DNA from: Candidatus Marinacidobacterales bacterium
GTDB taxonomy: Bacteria; Acidobacteriota; Vicinamibacteria; Marinacidobacterales; SMYC01
Assembly: GCA_965224085.1 (NCBI GenBank)
Contig: CBDCYI010000011.1
Location: 384,001 to 448,000, forward strand
Reading direction: 5' to 3'
DNA: 64,000 bases
The notes beneath the pieces are model-generated. The model was not told the DNA's origin, did no database searches, and saw nothing but the letters and a program-made list of their open reading frames with translations. Positions 19,505-29,704 of this stretch are shown piece after piece (position 1 is the first letter of the stretch; each line of letters starts with the position of its first letter). A program made the translations under genes and the position numbers.

Positions 19505-21465
19505 CCGACCGATGAAGCGGCAACCAAATGGTTCGAGGCTGCAATCTGGCATGGCACTCGGTGCTGCGGACATTGCGGTAGCCTCAGCACCAGCGAAGTC
19601 CCGAACGAAAAGCCGATGCCCTACTGGTGCTCCACCTGCCGGAGCTACTTCAGCGTTCGCACGGGCACCCCTATTGCCCATTCTAAGGGCCTGTTACATA
19701 TTAATATTTACAATACACTGTCATTGCTGCTATCCTCTGCTGGTTGCGAGACTATACGAGGATGGCAACAGATCGAAAGGTACCAGAGTCTGAGCGTCAC
19801 TGGTTGAGGGTGCTGGGGACGTTGAACGAAGCGCAAGCGCGTGTTTTTGTGGCTCAACGGGCGCTTGAAGAAGGACGCGGCGGGGTCAGTCGGCTGTCAC
19901 GACTTACGGGGATGTCGCGGCCGACCATCATGAAGGGCGTGGCGGAACTCAAAGCGAAAGCGCCGATAGTTGATGACGACAGCGCCCGAGTGCGCAAGCC
20001 TGGCGGGGGGAGAAAGCGGGTCGAGGAGTTAGACCCGAGAATCGAGCGGCAGCTGAAGAAGATCCTCGACGAAAGAACCGCCGGCGACCCGATGAAGCAT
20101 CTCAAATGGACGAACAAGTCCACGAGAGCGATGGCGGAGGAGCTTGAACGCAAAGGTCACGATGTCTCGCACGTGACAGTTGCTCGACGCCTAGGAGAAA
20201 TGGGTTACTCGCTGCAAGCTAACGTGAAGAGACTGGAAGGGGATCAGCACCCGGATCGGGACAAACAGTTTCGTTACATCAACAAGCAAGTAAGCAAGTT
20301 CATGCGAAGCAAGGATCCGGTCGTGAGCGTCGATACCAAGAAGAAGGAATTGATAGGAGCCTTTGAAAACAGGGGTAAAACGTGGAGGAAGAAGAAGGGC
20401 GGAGGTGAGCCGGTTCTTGTACACGACTTCCCCAGTATGGCTGAGGGCAAAGCAATTCCCTATGGGACTTACGATGTGTCCCGCGACGAAGCGCTGGTCA
20501 ACGTCGGCATTACTCACGAGACTGCGGAATTCGCGGTAGAAAGCATCCGGAGATGGTGGCGCATACTCGGAAAAAAGTCTTATCCGATGGCGAAACGTCT
20601 GCTTGTTTGCGCGGACGCCGGTGGAAGCAACGGAAACCGGCTGCGAGGCTGGAAGCTCCACCTCCAAAAGCTATCGGACCAACTGAAGATTCCCATCACC
20701 GTATGCCACTATCCACCGGGAACCAGTAAATGGAACAAAATCGAACATCGACTATTCTCCTTTGTCAGCATGAACTGGAAAGGACGGCCTCTCGTGAGCT
20801 ACGAGGCGGTCGTCAATCTTATCGGCAACACCAAGACCCGAACCGGCTTGAAGGTAAAGGCCATGCTGGACAAGAACTCCTACGAGACAGGCCAGAAGGT
20901 CAGTAACGAAGAAATGCAGGAGCTTCGACTCAAAATCCACCCCTTCCACGGCAACTGGAATTACACTCTCCATCCCCGACGTGCTTGATTGAGGGTATTA
21001 ATTCTTACCGAACTCGTATTTGTAAATATTATTATGTAACAGAACCTAAGATCGCGCTCCGCAAATGGGTTATCGCCATCTACCTCTGCTTGACTAGTCT
21101 CAAAGGCGTCTCGAGCATGAAGCTCCACCGAGACATCGGCGTCTCACAGGCCGCGGCTTGGTTCATGCTCCATCGGATTCGAGAAGCGTGGAGCGGTCCT
21201 AACGGCAAATCGTTCGCCGGGCCTGTCGAGGTAGACGAAACCTTCTTCGGCGGGAAGGCTCGCAACATGCAGCACGCCCACAAGCGCGAGCAGGCTATTA
21301 AGGGCCGAGGATCCGCAGGGAAGACGGCCGTCATCGGCGCGAAGGACCGCCGGACGAACCGTGTCAGCGCCGAGGTCATCGGCAACACCGACCAACCGAC
21401 GCTCCAAGGCTTCGTCGCGAAGAATGTCGATCCTAGCGCGAAGCTCTACACCGACGACCACAGAG
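19505..21465 (+). pseudogene. Second IS1595 transposase copy, truncated at both ends and split by ISAzo13
   Basis: Zn ribbon CGHC...CSTC, then HSK|IALRKW...VEVDETF...LYTDDH; 21351-21465 identical to 1-115. Confidence 0.92.
19687..21046 (+). mobile_element. ISAzo13-family IS copy 2 (1360 bp), transposase 19744-20988, TSD TAA
   Basis: Protein identical to copy 1; TAA at 19684-19686 and 21047-21049. Confidence 0.96.
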
Positions 21466-21581
21466 CCTTCTCGTGCCTGTCGGACTACTTCAACGGTGGA
21501 GCCACAGCCTTCGTACCGCTTGCGGTCGAGGAGGGTGTCACTTTCGTCAACCGGGACTTCATATCGATCGTGTGGCTGTAA
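21466..21581 (+). pseudogene. C-terminal remnant of a host gene fused to the IS1595 fragment
   Basis: LSDYFNGGATAFVPLAVEEGVTFVNRDFISIVWL* ends 19 nt before pilT; not transposase-like. Confidence 0.5.
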
Positions 21582-21600
21582 CCGTGGTGAAAGGTAGATT

Positions 21601-23205
21601 TTGATGCGCATGGAGCCCCTCATGGAGGCCCTCAAGACTGCGGACGGAGAGGAGGTCCGTCTCGAGCCGGGGGAGAGGATTTACATGCTCCGCGCGGGGG
21701 AGAAACGTTTCATCGGCCGCGAGCCCGTTTCGCCTGGCGCGCTGCTTCAGATGGCGAACCAATCGCTCAAGCCGTTCCAGCTCTCGTCGCTCGACACAAA
21801 ACCGCACATCATGGAGCGCGAGCACTTGGATGAAAACTTCCAAGTGGAATTTACAAGACCGAGTGGCGCGATCCAAGTGACGATCCGTCGAACGGTCCCC
21901 GTGGGGGCTGCGGCTCAGACGCCCCCGACAGCCCCGGCTCCATCGATGCCGAGCCCACCGACAGCCTGGCCGGGATCGATGCTGGCTCCGAGTCCGAAAG
22001 CTCCGCCGGCAGCCGCCCCATCCCTGCAGGCGCCCGCGGCCGCCCCATCAGCACCGCCCGTGGCTGCCCCATCAGCGCCGCCCGTGGCAGCGCCGACAAA
22101 ATCGGCCGCAGTGAGCGTAGGGCAACCATCGGGACGGAAAGCCATGGACGAGCTTCTCCGCTTGATGGTGAGTTCCGAAGCCTCGGACCTGCATCTGAGC
22201 GCGGGATCCTGTCCGGTTTTGCGGGTGCACGGAGAGGTCCAATTCCTGAAGGACCGCGGCGTTCTCGAATCGGATACCGTCAAGAATCTCGTATACAGCA
22301 TCTTGGATGACGAAGTTCGCGAGACGTTCCAAGAACATCGCGACGCGGATTGCGCCTATGAGATCCCCGGTTTGTCACGCTTCCGTGTGAACGTGTTCGA
22401 AGACCGCAAGGGTATCGGAACGGTCCTTCGAACCATCCCTGTTGAAATCTTGACCGCCGAGCAGTTGGGTCTTCCGCCAGCCGTCTTGGAGCTGTGTTTT
22501 TTGACGAAAGGGCTCGTGCTCGTCACCGGTCCGACCGGCTCGGGCAAGTCCACGACCTTGGCCGCGATGGTCGATCACATCAACAAGAACCGGGCGGATC
22601 ACATCATCACCATCGAGGACCCGATTGAGTTCGTGCACCAGAATCAGAAATGTCTCATCAATCAGCGGCAGGTCGGCAATCACACGGGATCGTTCAAAGC
22701 GGCGCTTCGCGCAGCGCTCCGCGAAGACCCCGATATCGTCCTCGTGGGCGAGATGCGCGACCTCGAGACCGCGGAGACCGGGCATCTCGTGTTCGGGACC
22801 CTTCATACGTCCACGGCCATGGCGACAGTCGATCGCATCATCGATCAGTTCCCCGCCGATCAGCAGGAGCAGATTCGCACAATGATTGCGAGCTCCCTCA
22901 AGGGCGTGATCGCCCAGGTGTTGTGCAAGAAGAAAGAGGGGGGCCGCGCCGCCGCTCTCGAGATCCTTCTCGGAAACTCGGCGCTCGCGAGCCTCATTCG
23001 CGACGGCAAGACGTTTCAAATTCCATCGATCATGCAGACGTCGAAAGGACAAGGCATGGTTACGATGAACGACGCCCTCATGAAGCTAGTGAAAGCGGGC
23101 AAAGTCGATCCAAAGGAAGCCTGGATGAAGTCGACGGAGAAGACAGGCCTCGTCGGCCTGTTCAAGAGCAACGGGATCAGAGCCGACTTCGCGTCTGAGA
23201 AGTAA
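21601..23205 (+). CDS. pilT: PilT/PilU-family type IV pilus retraction ATPase with extra N-terminal domain and Pro/Ala linker
   Basis: ASDLHL, GPTGSGKST, TIEDPIE, ALREDPD-LVGEMRD, GHLVFGTLH. Confidence 0.9.
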   Translation: MMRMEPLMEALKTADGEEVRLEPGERIYMLRAGEKRFIGREPVSPGALLQMANQSLKPFQLSSLDTKPHIMEREHLDENFQVEFTRPSGAIQVTIRRTVPVGAAAQTPPTAPAPSMPSPPTAWPGSMLAPSPKAPPAAAPSLQAPAAAPSAPPVAAPSAPPVAAPTKSAAVSVGQPSGRKAMDELLRLMVSSEASDLHLSAGSCPVLRVHGEVQFLKDRGVLESDTVKNLVYSILDDEVRETFQEHRDADCAYEIPGLSRFRVNVFEDRKGIGTVLRTIPVEILTAEQLGLPPAVLELCFLTKGLVLVTGPTGSGKSTTLAAMVDHINKNRADHIITIEDPIEFVHQNQKCLINQRQVGNHTGSFKAALRAALREDPDIVLVGEMRDLETAETGHLVFGTLHTSTAMATVDRIIDQFPADQQEQIRTMIASSLKGVIAQVLCKKKEGGRAAALEILLGNSALASLIRDGKTFQIPSIMQTSKGQGMVTMNDALMKLVKAGKVDPKEAWMKSTEKTGLVGLFKSNGIRADFASEK

Positions 23206-23254
23206 AAGGGCCAGGCGGCATCGGCCACCGGCCCTCAGGAACTTCCAACGAATC

Positions 23255-24166
23255 TCAGTTGCCGGATTCGGCCTCTGAGAGGGCGGACAAGAACTGCTTC
23301 ACTTCTTCCGCCTGAGCTCCGTTGGGCTCGAGCTCGAGATACTTCTCGAAGTGGCTCTTGGCGCCAGCGTCGTCCTCTTTCTGCGCAGCGAGGGTTCCGA
23401 GAATGTAATGCGCTTGAGGCGATTGCGGCGCATTCGGTTTCGCCGCGAGAAAGTGCGTGAGATGCGTAATGGCCATCTGATGCGCGGCTTCGGCATTTCC
23501 AGAGGATTCTGCGTTCCGAACCGCGACGGAACCCACCATGAAGTGAGCGTCCGGCGCGAACTGATCGTCGGGCTTGAGCTCGAGGAACGTCGTCAGCCGT
23601 TGTGTGGCGGTATCCCATTGCTGCCCGTTGAAGTTGATGCGTCCAGCAAAATAGTACGGACGGGCACGTTTCGGGTCGAGCTGGATGACCTTCGCAAAAG
23701 CGCGCTCAGCTTCCCGGTCGTTCTTAGTTTGCATTTGCGCCATGCCGAGCACGAGCTGCACCTCGGTGTCATTCGGTTTGTTCGAGGCTGCCTTTTGCAG
23801 GAGCGGGATGGCTTTCGCGGGCGCCCTGCTTCTCGCATAGCAGAGCCCACCTTGGCGGTTCGAGAGGTTGATCATGTCGGCGGCGTCGGCATTGTTGCCC
23901 ACCTTCGTGATGAAAGTGTCGAAGTTCGCCGCGCATTTGGCGTAATTCTTCTTGGTTTGATACGCGTAGCCCAAGTAATAATTGCCTGCGAAGAGGTCCC
24001 CGTTCGCCGAGAGCGCTTTTTCACATGATGCTATGATGCCGTCGTTGTCTTTCTCCTTGACGGCTTCCTGGCACGCTAGAAAATCGGCGGCCCCCGGTTG
24101 CTCCTGCTGAGCGAAGGCGGCGCCTGCGACGAGCGTCGCGACGGCCAAGCCTATCCATTTGTTCAT
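23255..24166 (-). CDS. Secreted TPR-repeat protein
   Basis: Signal peptide MNKWIGLAVATLVAGAAFA; repeated TPR helices; SD aaggag. Confidence 0.88.
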   Translation of the reverse strand: MNKWIGLAVATLVAGAAFAQQEQPGAADFLACQEAVKEKDNDGIIASCEKALSANGDLFAGNYYLGYAYQTKKNYAKCAANFDTFITKVGNNADAADMINLSNRQGGLCYARSRAPAKAIPLLQKAASNKPNDTEVQLVLGMAQMQTKNDREAERAFAKVIQLDPKRARPYYFAGRINFNGQQWDTATQRLTTFLELKPDDQFAPDAHFMVGSVAVRNAESSGNAEAAHQMAITHLTHFLAAKPNAPQSPQAHYILGTLAAQKEDDAGAKSHFEKYLELEPNGAQAEEVKQFLSALSEAESGN

Positions 24167-24386
24167 GAAACTGTCTCCTTTGGTCTCGAGCTGAGGCGAA
24201 TTTGCTGGGCTATAGACCATGCCCGAGGAACGCTACCACAAGGACTAGGCAAACCGCAAACCCACCATGCCACACGACCGTCGAGGTCGAGCGCTTTGTG
24301 CTTGCATCAGCGTTCCCAGGGTCATCTTAGCTTAACTTCGCAGGAAGAGCTTGCCCCCCGGGCGAACGCCGTATAGATTCTCTGCC

Positions 24387-25673
24387 GTGGATAAAAGCAG
24401 GCCTATCGCCATCGTTGCCGGGTGCCGGACGCCTTTCGTGAAAGCGGGCGGATTCCTTCGCGACGCGTCCTCGCTCGATCTCGCCAAAGTGGTGCTCGCG
24501 GAGATTCGTCAGCGGGCCGAGCTCCCGGATGGCGCCACCGACCAGGTCGTGCTGGGGACGGTCGTACCGAATCTCCCAATACCCAACATCGCCCGCGAGG
24601 CGGCGCTCGCGGCGGGGTTCCCGGCGACGATCGACGCCTATACCGTGTCCCGCGCGTGCGCGTCGGCGAATCAGGCGATCGCGAGCGCGGCCGAATCGAT
24701 CGCTTCTGGCCAAGCGGAGATCGTCATTGCGGGCGGGACGGAGTCGCTCTCGAATATCCCGATTCCTGTCTCGGGAGCCATGAGCCAGGCGCTTGTTTCG
24801 GCGGGCAAGGCTAAGACGCTAAAAAAACGTCTTGGGGCGTTTCGAGGTTTGAAGCTCAAGGACCTCCTCCCGGTGCCGCCTGCCATTGCGGAATACTCCA
24901 CCGGTCTTACGATGGGGCAGTCCGCGGAGAAGATGGCAAAAGAGAACGGGATCTCGCGAGCATCTCAGGATCGTTTTGCCGCGAAGAGCCACGCGCTCGC
25001 CGCCGCGGCGACCGAGGACGGCCGACTTCCCGCGGAAATGGTGCGCGTCTACCGGCCACCGCGCTACGAGAGCTCGCTCCTGGAAGATGACGGCATCCGC
25101 CGCGATACGAGCGCCGCTGTGCTCGGAGCGCTTCGTCCCGTTTTCGATCGCCGCTTCGGGTCGCTCACGGCAGGCAACTCGTCCCCCCTGACCGACGGCG
25201 CCGCCGCCATCGTCTTGATGCGCAAGGACAAGGCACGGGCGTTGGGCCTCGAGCCGCTCGGAACCGTTCGCTCCTATGCCTTTGCATCCGTCGATCCGTC
25301 GGAGCAGCTCTTGATAGGCCCAGCCTATAGCACGCCCATGGCCCTCGATCGCGCCGGAATCACGCTCTCGGATTTGAACCTGATCGATTTTCATGAGGCC
25401 TTCGCGGCTCAAGTGCTCTCCGTCGTACAAGCGCTCGACTCGAAGACGTTTTGTCGCGAGAAGTTGAACAGAGCGCCGCTCGGAGCCGTGAGTGAAGACA
25501 AGCTCAACGTCGAGGGCGGCTCGATTGCCATTGGACACCCTTTCGGCGCCACGGGCGCGCGCATCACCTTGAGCCTGGTGAACGAGCTTCGTCGGCGCGG
25601 TGGCGGGCTGGGACTCGTGAGCGTATGCGCCGCCGGCGGCATCGGCTTCAGCATGGTGGTCGAGTCCGAGTGA
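24387..25673 (+). CDS. fadI: Acetyl-CoA C-acyltransferase (thiolase, FadI-like)
   Basis: SRACASA, FHEAFAAQ, GHPFGATG, CAAGG. Confidence 0.9.
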   Translation: MDKSRPIAIVAGCRTPFVKAGGFLRDASSLDLAKVVLAEIRQRAELPDGATDQVVLGTVVPNLPIPNIAREAALAAGFPATIDAYTVSRACASANQAIASAAESIASGQAEIVIAGGTESLSNIPIPVSGAMSQALVSAGKAKTLKKRLGAFRGLKLKDLLPVPPAIAEYSTGLTMGQSAEKMAKENGISRASQDRFAAKSHALAAAATEDGRLPAEMVRVYRPPRYESSLLEDDGIRRDTSAAVLGALRPVFDRRFGSLTAGNSSPLTDGAAAIVLMRKDKARALGLEPLGTVRSYAFASVDPSEQLLIGPAYSTPMALDRAGITLSDLNLIDFHEAFAAQVLSVVQALDSKTFCREKLNRAPLGAVSEDKLNVEGGSIAIGHPFGATGARITLSLVNELRRRGGGLGLVSVCAAGGIGFSMVVESE

Positions 25674-26641
25674 AGCCGCTCGAAGGAACACGCATTCTCG
25701 AACTGTGTCGATACGCGCCCGGCCCTTATGCCACCCTCGTCTGTGCGGCTCTCGGGGCGGACGTCGTCAAAGTCGAAGCGCCGCCTGGCGGGGACCCGTT
25801 GCGCGAGCTCGACTCCGTCGCTTTCGGGCGATTGAACGCAGGCAAGAAAAGTATTCTTCTCGACTTGAAGTCGGCCGAAGGCATGACGCGATTCTGGACG
25901 CTCGTGCGAAGCGCGCATGTGCTCGTCGAGAGCTTTCGGCCCGGCGTCATGGAGCGTCTTGGCGTCGGCTTCGAGCACGTGAATCACGAAGCGCCAGCGA
26001 TGATTTATGTCTCGATCTCGGGATATGGGCGCTCGGGCTCTAGACACGATCGGGCCGGCCACGACGTGAATTACATGGCTCGCGCGGGAGCTCTTCACGG
26101 CGCCTGGCGGCCGCTGCCGCTTCAGGTCGCCGATTTCGCCGCTGGCGGGCTCTGCGCCGTCATATCCATCCTCGCCGCTCGCATGGAAGGTACGGGACGC
26201 TATATCGATCTGTCGATGGAGCGAGGCGTCGCCTCCATGATGATGCTAGGGGACGGTAAGGCGGGAGATGTGTTATCGGGCCGCTACCCGAACTACTCGG
26301 TTTATCCGACCGCGGATGGACAGGCGCTGCCGGTGGGTGCTCTGGAGCCGAAGTTCTGGCAGAACTTTTGTGATGTGCTCGAGCGGCCCGATCTCGTCGC
26401 GCGAAAAAGAGATCCAGGAGCGCGCGATGAAGTCGCAGCCATACTCGCGAGCCGGACGGCCGCAGAATGGGAGTCGCGATTCCGTTCATCGGATGCCTGC
26501 GTCGAAAGGGTGGTCTCTCCCGCGGAAGCGCTCGAGAGCTCGCGAGCCTACGAGCTTCCGTTCGGCATGGCGGGGAGAGAGCTCGGAGTCGCGCCCGAAC
26601 TTGGCGAGCACAACGAAGAGATCCAGAGCGCGTTGGGATAA
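25670..26641 (+). CDS. Family III CoA-transferase (CaiB/BaiF, racemase-like)
   Basis: PGPYAT-LGADVVKVE, ESFRPGVMERLG, AGHDVNY. Confidence 0.92.
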   Translation: MKPLEGTRILELCRYAPGPYATLVCAALGADVVKVEAPPGGDPLRELDSVAFGRLNAGKKSILLDLKSAEGMTRFWTLVRSAHVLVESFRPGVMERLGVGFEHVNHEAPAMIYVSISGYGRSGSRHDRAGHDVNYMARAGALHGAWRPLPLQVADFAAGGLCAVISILAARMEGTGRYIDLSMERGVASMMMLGDGKAGDVLSGRYPNYSVYPTADGQALPVGALEPKFWQNFCDVLERPDLVARKRDPGARDEVAAILASRTAAEWESRFRSSDACVERVVSPAEALESSRAYELPFGMAGRELGVAPELGEHNEEIQSALG

Positions 26642-26666
26642 GATCGCCGCCCCGGAGGAGCCGTTC

Positions 26667-28316
26667 TTGCTCAAACCTCGAAGTCTGACCCGCCTCAGGC
26701 AGGTCGCTACGATTTTCATCCGGCACGGCTTCGAGGACGTGCTGCAGAGCTACGACCTTCTCTCGTGGATGGGCTTTCGCCGGCGCCGGCTCAAGAAACC
26801 CGCGGAGCGTCTTCAGAGTCGAGCCGAGAAGTTTCGACTCGCACTCGAAGAAGCCGGGACGACCTATATCAAGCTTGGCCAACTTCTATCGACACGAGCG
26901 GACATCCTGCCAGCCGTCTTCGTCGAAGAGCTCATCCGCCTCCAGGACCGCGTGGAGCCGGTGCCTTTCGAAGGAGTGCGCACCGTCTTGGAGGAAGAAC
27001 TGGGACGCCCGATCGAGGAGGTGTTCGAACGGATCGATCCGGAGCCGGTCGCCACCGCGTCCATCGCTCAAGTCTATCGCGCCCGCTTGCGACCCGGAAT
27101 ATCGCGACTCGAAGGCGATGCGGCGGTAAAGGTCGTCAAACCCGGTGTCGCCGAGCTCGTCCAGGTGGATATGGAAATCCTCTCGGAGCTCGCCGAACGT
27201 TTGTCCCGTTCGACGCTCGCGAGACGCTACGACTTCGAAGCTTTGAGTTCAGAGCTCGACACGACTTTGACGGCTGAGCTCGACCTTCGCCAGGAAGCCA
27301 CGAACACGAAACGCATCCGCGAGTCCATGCGGGAGTTCTCGAATCTCCGCATTCCCGACGTCGCCGAGGAGCTCACGGCGAAGCGTGTGCTCGTGCTCGA
27401 ATATATCGACGGCACCAAGCTCGTCGACGTGGACCAACACCACCCGAGGCTCGCGGACGAGCTCTGGCGCGCCTACCTCAAGCAAATCCTCGTCGACGGC
27501 GCCTTCCAATGCGACCCCCACCCCGGCAACTTTCTTCTCGACCGAGAGGGCAGGCTGGCGATTCTCGACTACGGGATGGTCGCCTACGTCTCCCGGGAGA
27601 ACCAGCTCCGGCTCATGGCGCTTCTCATCACACTCGTGGAGCGTGACGGCGACCGTACGGCGCGCGCGTGTATAGAGATGGGCATTCTCGGAAAGGATTT
27701 CCGAGAGGCCCGATTCCGCGCCGACGTGGGTCACCTGGTCGCCCGTTTCTCCGGGATCACGCTGAAAGACTTGCCCTTTGGGCTCATTGTTCGGGATCTA
27801 CTCGTTTTGTGCGTGCGCAACGATATCCAGATCCCGCCGGAGCTCGTGCTTCTCGGCAAGACGCTTCTGGACCTAGAGCCGATGTGCCGGCGCCTGGACC
27901 CCGAAATGGATCCGGTCGCGACGATGAAAGACGCGGCGGTGCGGCTTCTCGAAGAGCAGATCCGCCGCGACATCAGCAACGAACGGCTCATGGCATTGTT
28001 GCTCGAGCTGCGCTCCCTGCTCTACGACGTGCCGTTGAGTCTTCGGCGGGTATTGACGCAGCTCGCCAATAACGAGCTTCGCGTGGGGATCGAAGTCGAG
28101 AAGGCCGACGAGATGCGGGTCGCTATCCGAGACGTAGCCAACCGCATCACCTTGGGGGTCATCACCGCCGCCTTGATCATGGGCTCCGCGGTGCTCGTCC
28201 GTGCCGGCGCAGGATGGACGATCTTCGACCTACCGGGCGCCGCCCTTTTGGGCTTTCTCATGGCCGCCGGCCTCGGACTCTACGTGGTCTTCCAAATTCT
28301 GACGGGAAAGCATTGA
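26667..28316 (+). CDS. ABC1/UbiB-family atypical kinase
   Basis: IKLGQLLSTRAD, ASIAQVY, VKV, DPHPGN, LDYGM; two C-terminal TM helices; TTG start after ggaggag. Confidence 0.9.
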   Translation: MLKPRSLTRLRQVATIFIRHGFEDVLQSYDLLSWMGFRRRRLKKPAERLQSRAEKFRLALEEAGTTYIKLGQLLSTRADILPAVFVEELIRLQDRVEPVPFEGVRTVLEEELGRPIEEVFERIDPEPVATASIAQVYRARLRPGISRLEGDAAVKVVKPGVAELVQVDMEILSELAERLSRSTLARRYDFEALSSELDTTLTAELDLRQEATNTKRIRESMREFSNLRIPDVAEELTAKRVLVLEYIDGTKLVDVDQHHPRLADELWRAYLKQILVDGAFQCDPHPGNFLLDREGRLAILDYGMVAYVSRENQLRLMALLITLVERDGDRTARACIEMGILGKDFREARFRADVGHLVARFSGITLKDLPFGLIVRDLLVLCVRNDIQIPPELVLLGKTLLDLEPMCRRLDPEMDPVATMKDAAVRLLEEQIRRDISNERLMALLLELRSLLYDVPLSLRRVLTQLANNELRVGIEVEKADEMRVAIRDVANRITLGVITAALIMGSAVLVRAGAGWTIFDLPGAALLGFLMAAGLGLYVVFQILTGKH

Positions 28317-28407
28317 GATTGAGATTGGCCCCCTACCTCCGGCTACCGGCGTCCAAATTTCGCGGCTTCCTTTTGCCGCGAGTAGCCCGACAGCTGGTAG
28401 CGGGTTT

Positions 28408-28439
28408 TGTCGGGCGGGGGCCGATGGCCCCGCCCGACA
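28408..28439. repeat. REP-like GC palindrome between convergent genes
   Basis: tgtcgggcgggggcc-gat-ggccccgcccgaca (one extra G in the left arm). Confidence 0.6.
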
Positions 28440-28442
28440 GGA

Positions 28443-29381
28443 CTACTGTCCCGTGTTTAACTCGACCGACCCCGCGACCGGCCTGCGGGTCGGAGCCTTG
28501 TTCGGGCCGAGAAGCTTGCCGTCGCGCTCGCGGTCCTTGTGCATTGGAAGCAGCGTGACATCAACGCCTATCTCGAATCGGCTTTTGAGCCCGTCGTAGA
28601 CGCTGCCGACTCTCTTGACGTAGTCGAGCGTCTCCGAGGCCGCACGATCGCTGCCCGCGCGGTAATAACCGGCGTTCAGAGGTCCGCCGTTGTACTCCGC
28701 AAGCACCATGTCATGGTCGTTATAGGCCGAGAAGAGGATGTCGAGATAGAGCGCGGCCATCTCCGTGTTCTTTTTCGGATCGTAGAGCATGTCGTCCGAA
28801 TATTCCCAATCGAGCGAACGCGCAAGGAGCCGGCCCGTCGAAGGCCAGATCTGATAGAGACCTTTGGCATTCTTCTCGGATGTGGCCCGTTCGTCGTAAC
28901 CGCTCTCGACGATGCCGATAGACAGGAACATGAGCGGATCCACCGAAGGGTATTTATCCGATGCCACCGTGATCAATGCCGCATATTCGAACGCTTCACT
29001 CAGACTGACGCGGGGATTCGTCCGCATGATTTCGTCCCGGATGCCCAGAAGAAGTTGCTGGCGTTTCGAATCAAAGCTGATGCCGGCATCCAGGTTTTGA
29101 ATTTTCTGCTCGACGCGCCGCATCGTATCGCCCATCTCGTCATTGAGCATACCAACACGATGAAACGCATAGAAGGCGACCGCGACGGTTGTGAATAGGA
29201 GCAGGGTGAGGAAGATCAGCGCCGTCATCTGCCAGCCGGGACCCTTCCGTACGTCGCTGGGCGGTATCTCGCTCTTGGCTTCCTCCTTCCGCGCCACTCC
29301 TGCAGGCGGAAGTCGCCATCGCTCAACGGACTCCGCCAATGCTTCTTCTGTCAATTTGGTACTGTCTTGTGAATGAGCCAT
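28443..29381 (-). CDS. Membrane-anchored lytic transglycosylase (SLT domain)
   Basis: IVESGY, AKGLYQI, LAEYNGGP, ETLDYV; one TM segment followed by a coiled coil. Confidence 0.9.
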   Translation of the reverse strand: MAHSQDSTKLTEEALAESVERWRLPPAGVARKEEAKSEIPPSDVRKGPGWQMTALIFLTLLLFTTVAVAFYAFHRVGMLNDEMGDTMRRVEQKIQNLDAGISFDSKRQQLLLGIRDEIMRTNPRVSLSEAFEYAALITVASDKYPSVDPLMFLSIGIVESGYDERATSEKNAKGLYQIWPSTGRLLARSLDWEYSDDMLYDPKKNTEMAALYLDILFSAYNDHDMVLAEYNGGPLNAGYYRAGSDRAASETLDYVKRVGSVYDGLKSRFEIGVDVTLLPMHKDRERDGKLLGPNKAPTRRPVAGSVELNTGQ

Positions 29382-29698
29382 TCCTGAACCCTCCTGGAGG
29401 AGCTCCACTCGCTCCCTCCGCTATTCGCGGGGGTGACCGACTAACTATGTGGGCCCAATGGGGCCCTACAAGGGGTTTCCAGGCGTCGAAGCGCCGGGCA
29501 CTGGTGTGCCGGCCCTCCGGGAGCAAGCTGGGAAGCTCGCACCGCCGAGACGACCCCGTTTCGTCTCGGCCCAACTCGGACGGGGAGCTTATCGATTCCC
29601 CATCTTGTCCAGCGCGCATGATCCTTACATTCAAAGAAGATCCTGGGGCGCACTACATTCTGTGGCCCCAGACGTAATCAACCCCAGATGTTGGATTG
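29382..29698 (-). ncRNA. Candidate structured 5' leader RNA of the SLT gene
   Basis: At least six hairpins between a putative promoter and the SD; no known-family match recognised. Confidence 0.4.
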
Positions 29699-29704
29699 CG
29701 CGGG

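Noticed and set aside
15368-21046. Composite transposon formed by the two ISAzo13 copies
   Set aside because: Each copy has its own TSD and interrupts a different gene that is restored on excision, so these are independent insertions.
10826-21600. Integrative island at tRNA-Gln bounded by a duplicated 3' end
   Set aside because: No second copy of the tRNA-Gln 3' end was seen, and the only tyrosine recombinase belongs to the IS91 element.
29420-29640. c-di-AMP (ydaO) or c-di-GMP riboswitch call
   Set aside because: The conserved motifs of those families were not recognisable; kept only as an unknown structured leader.
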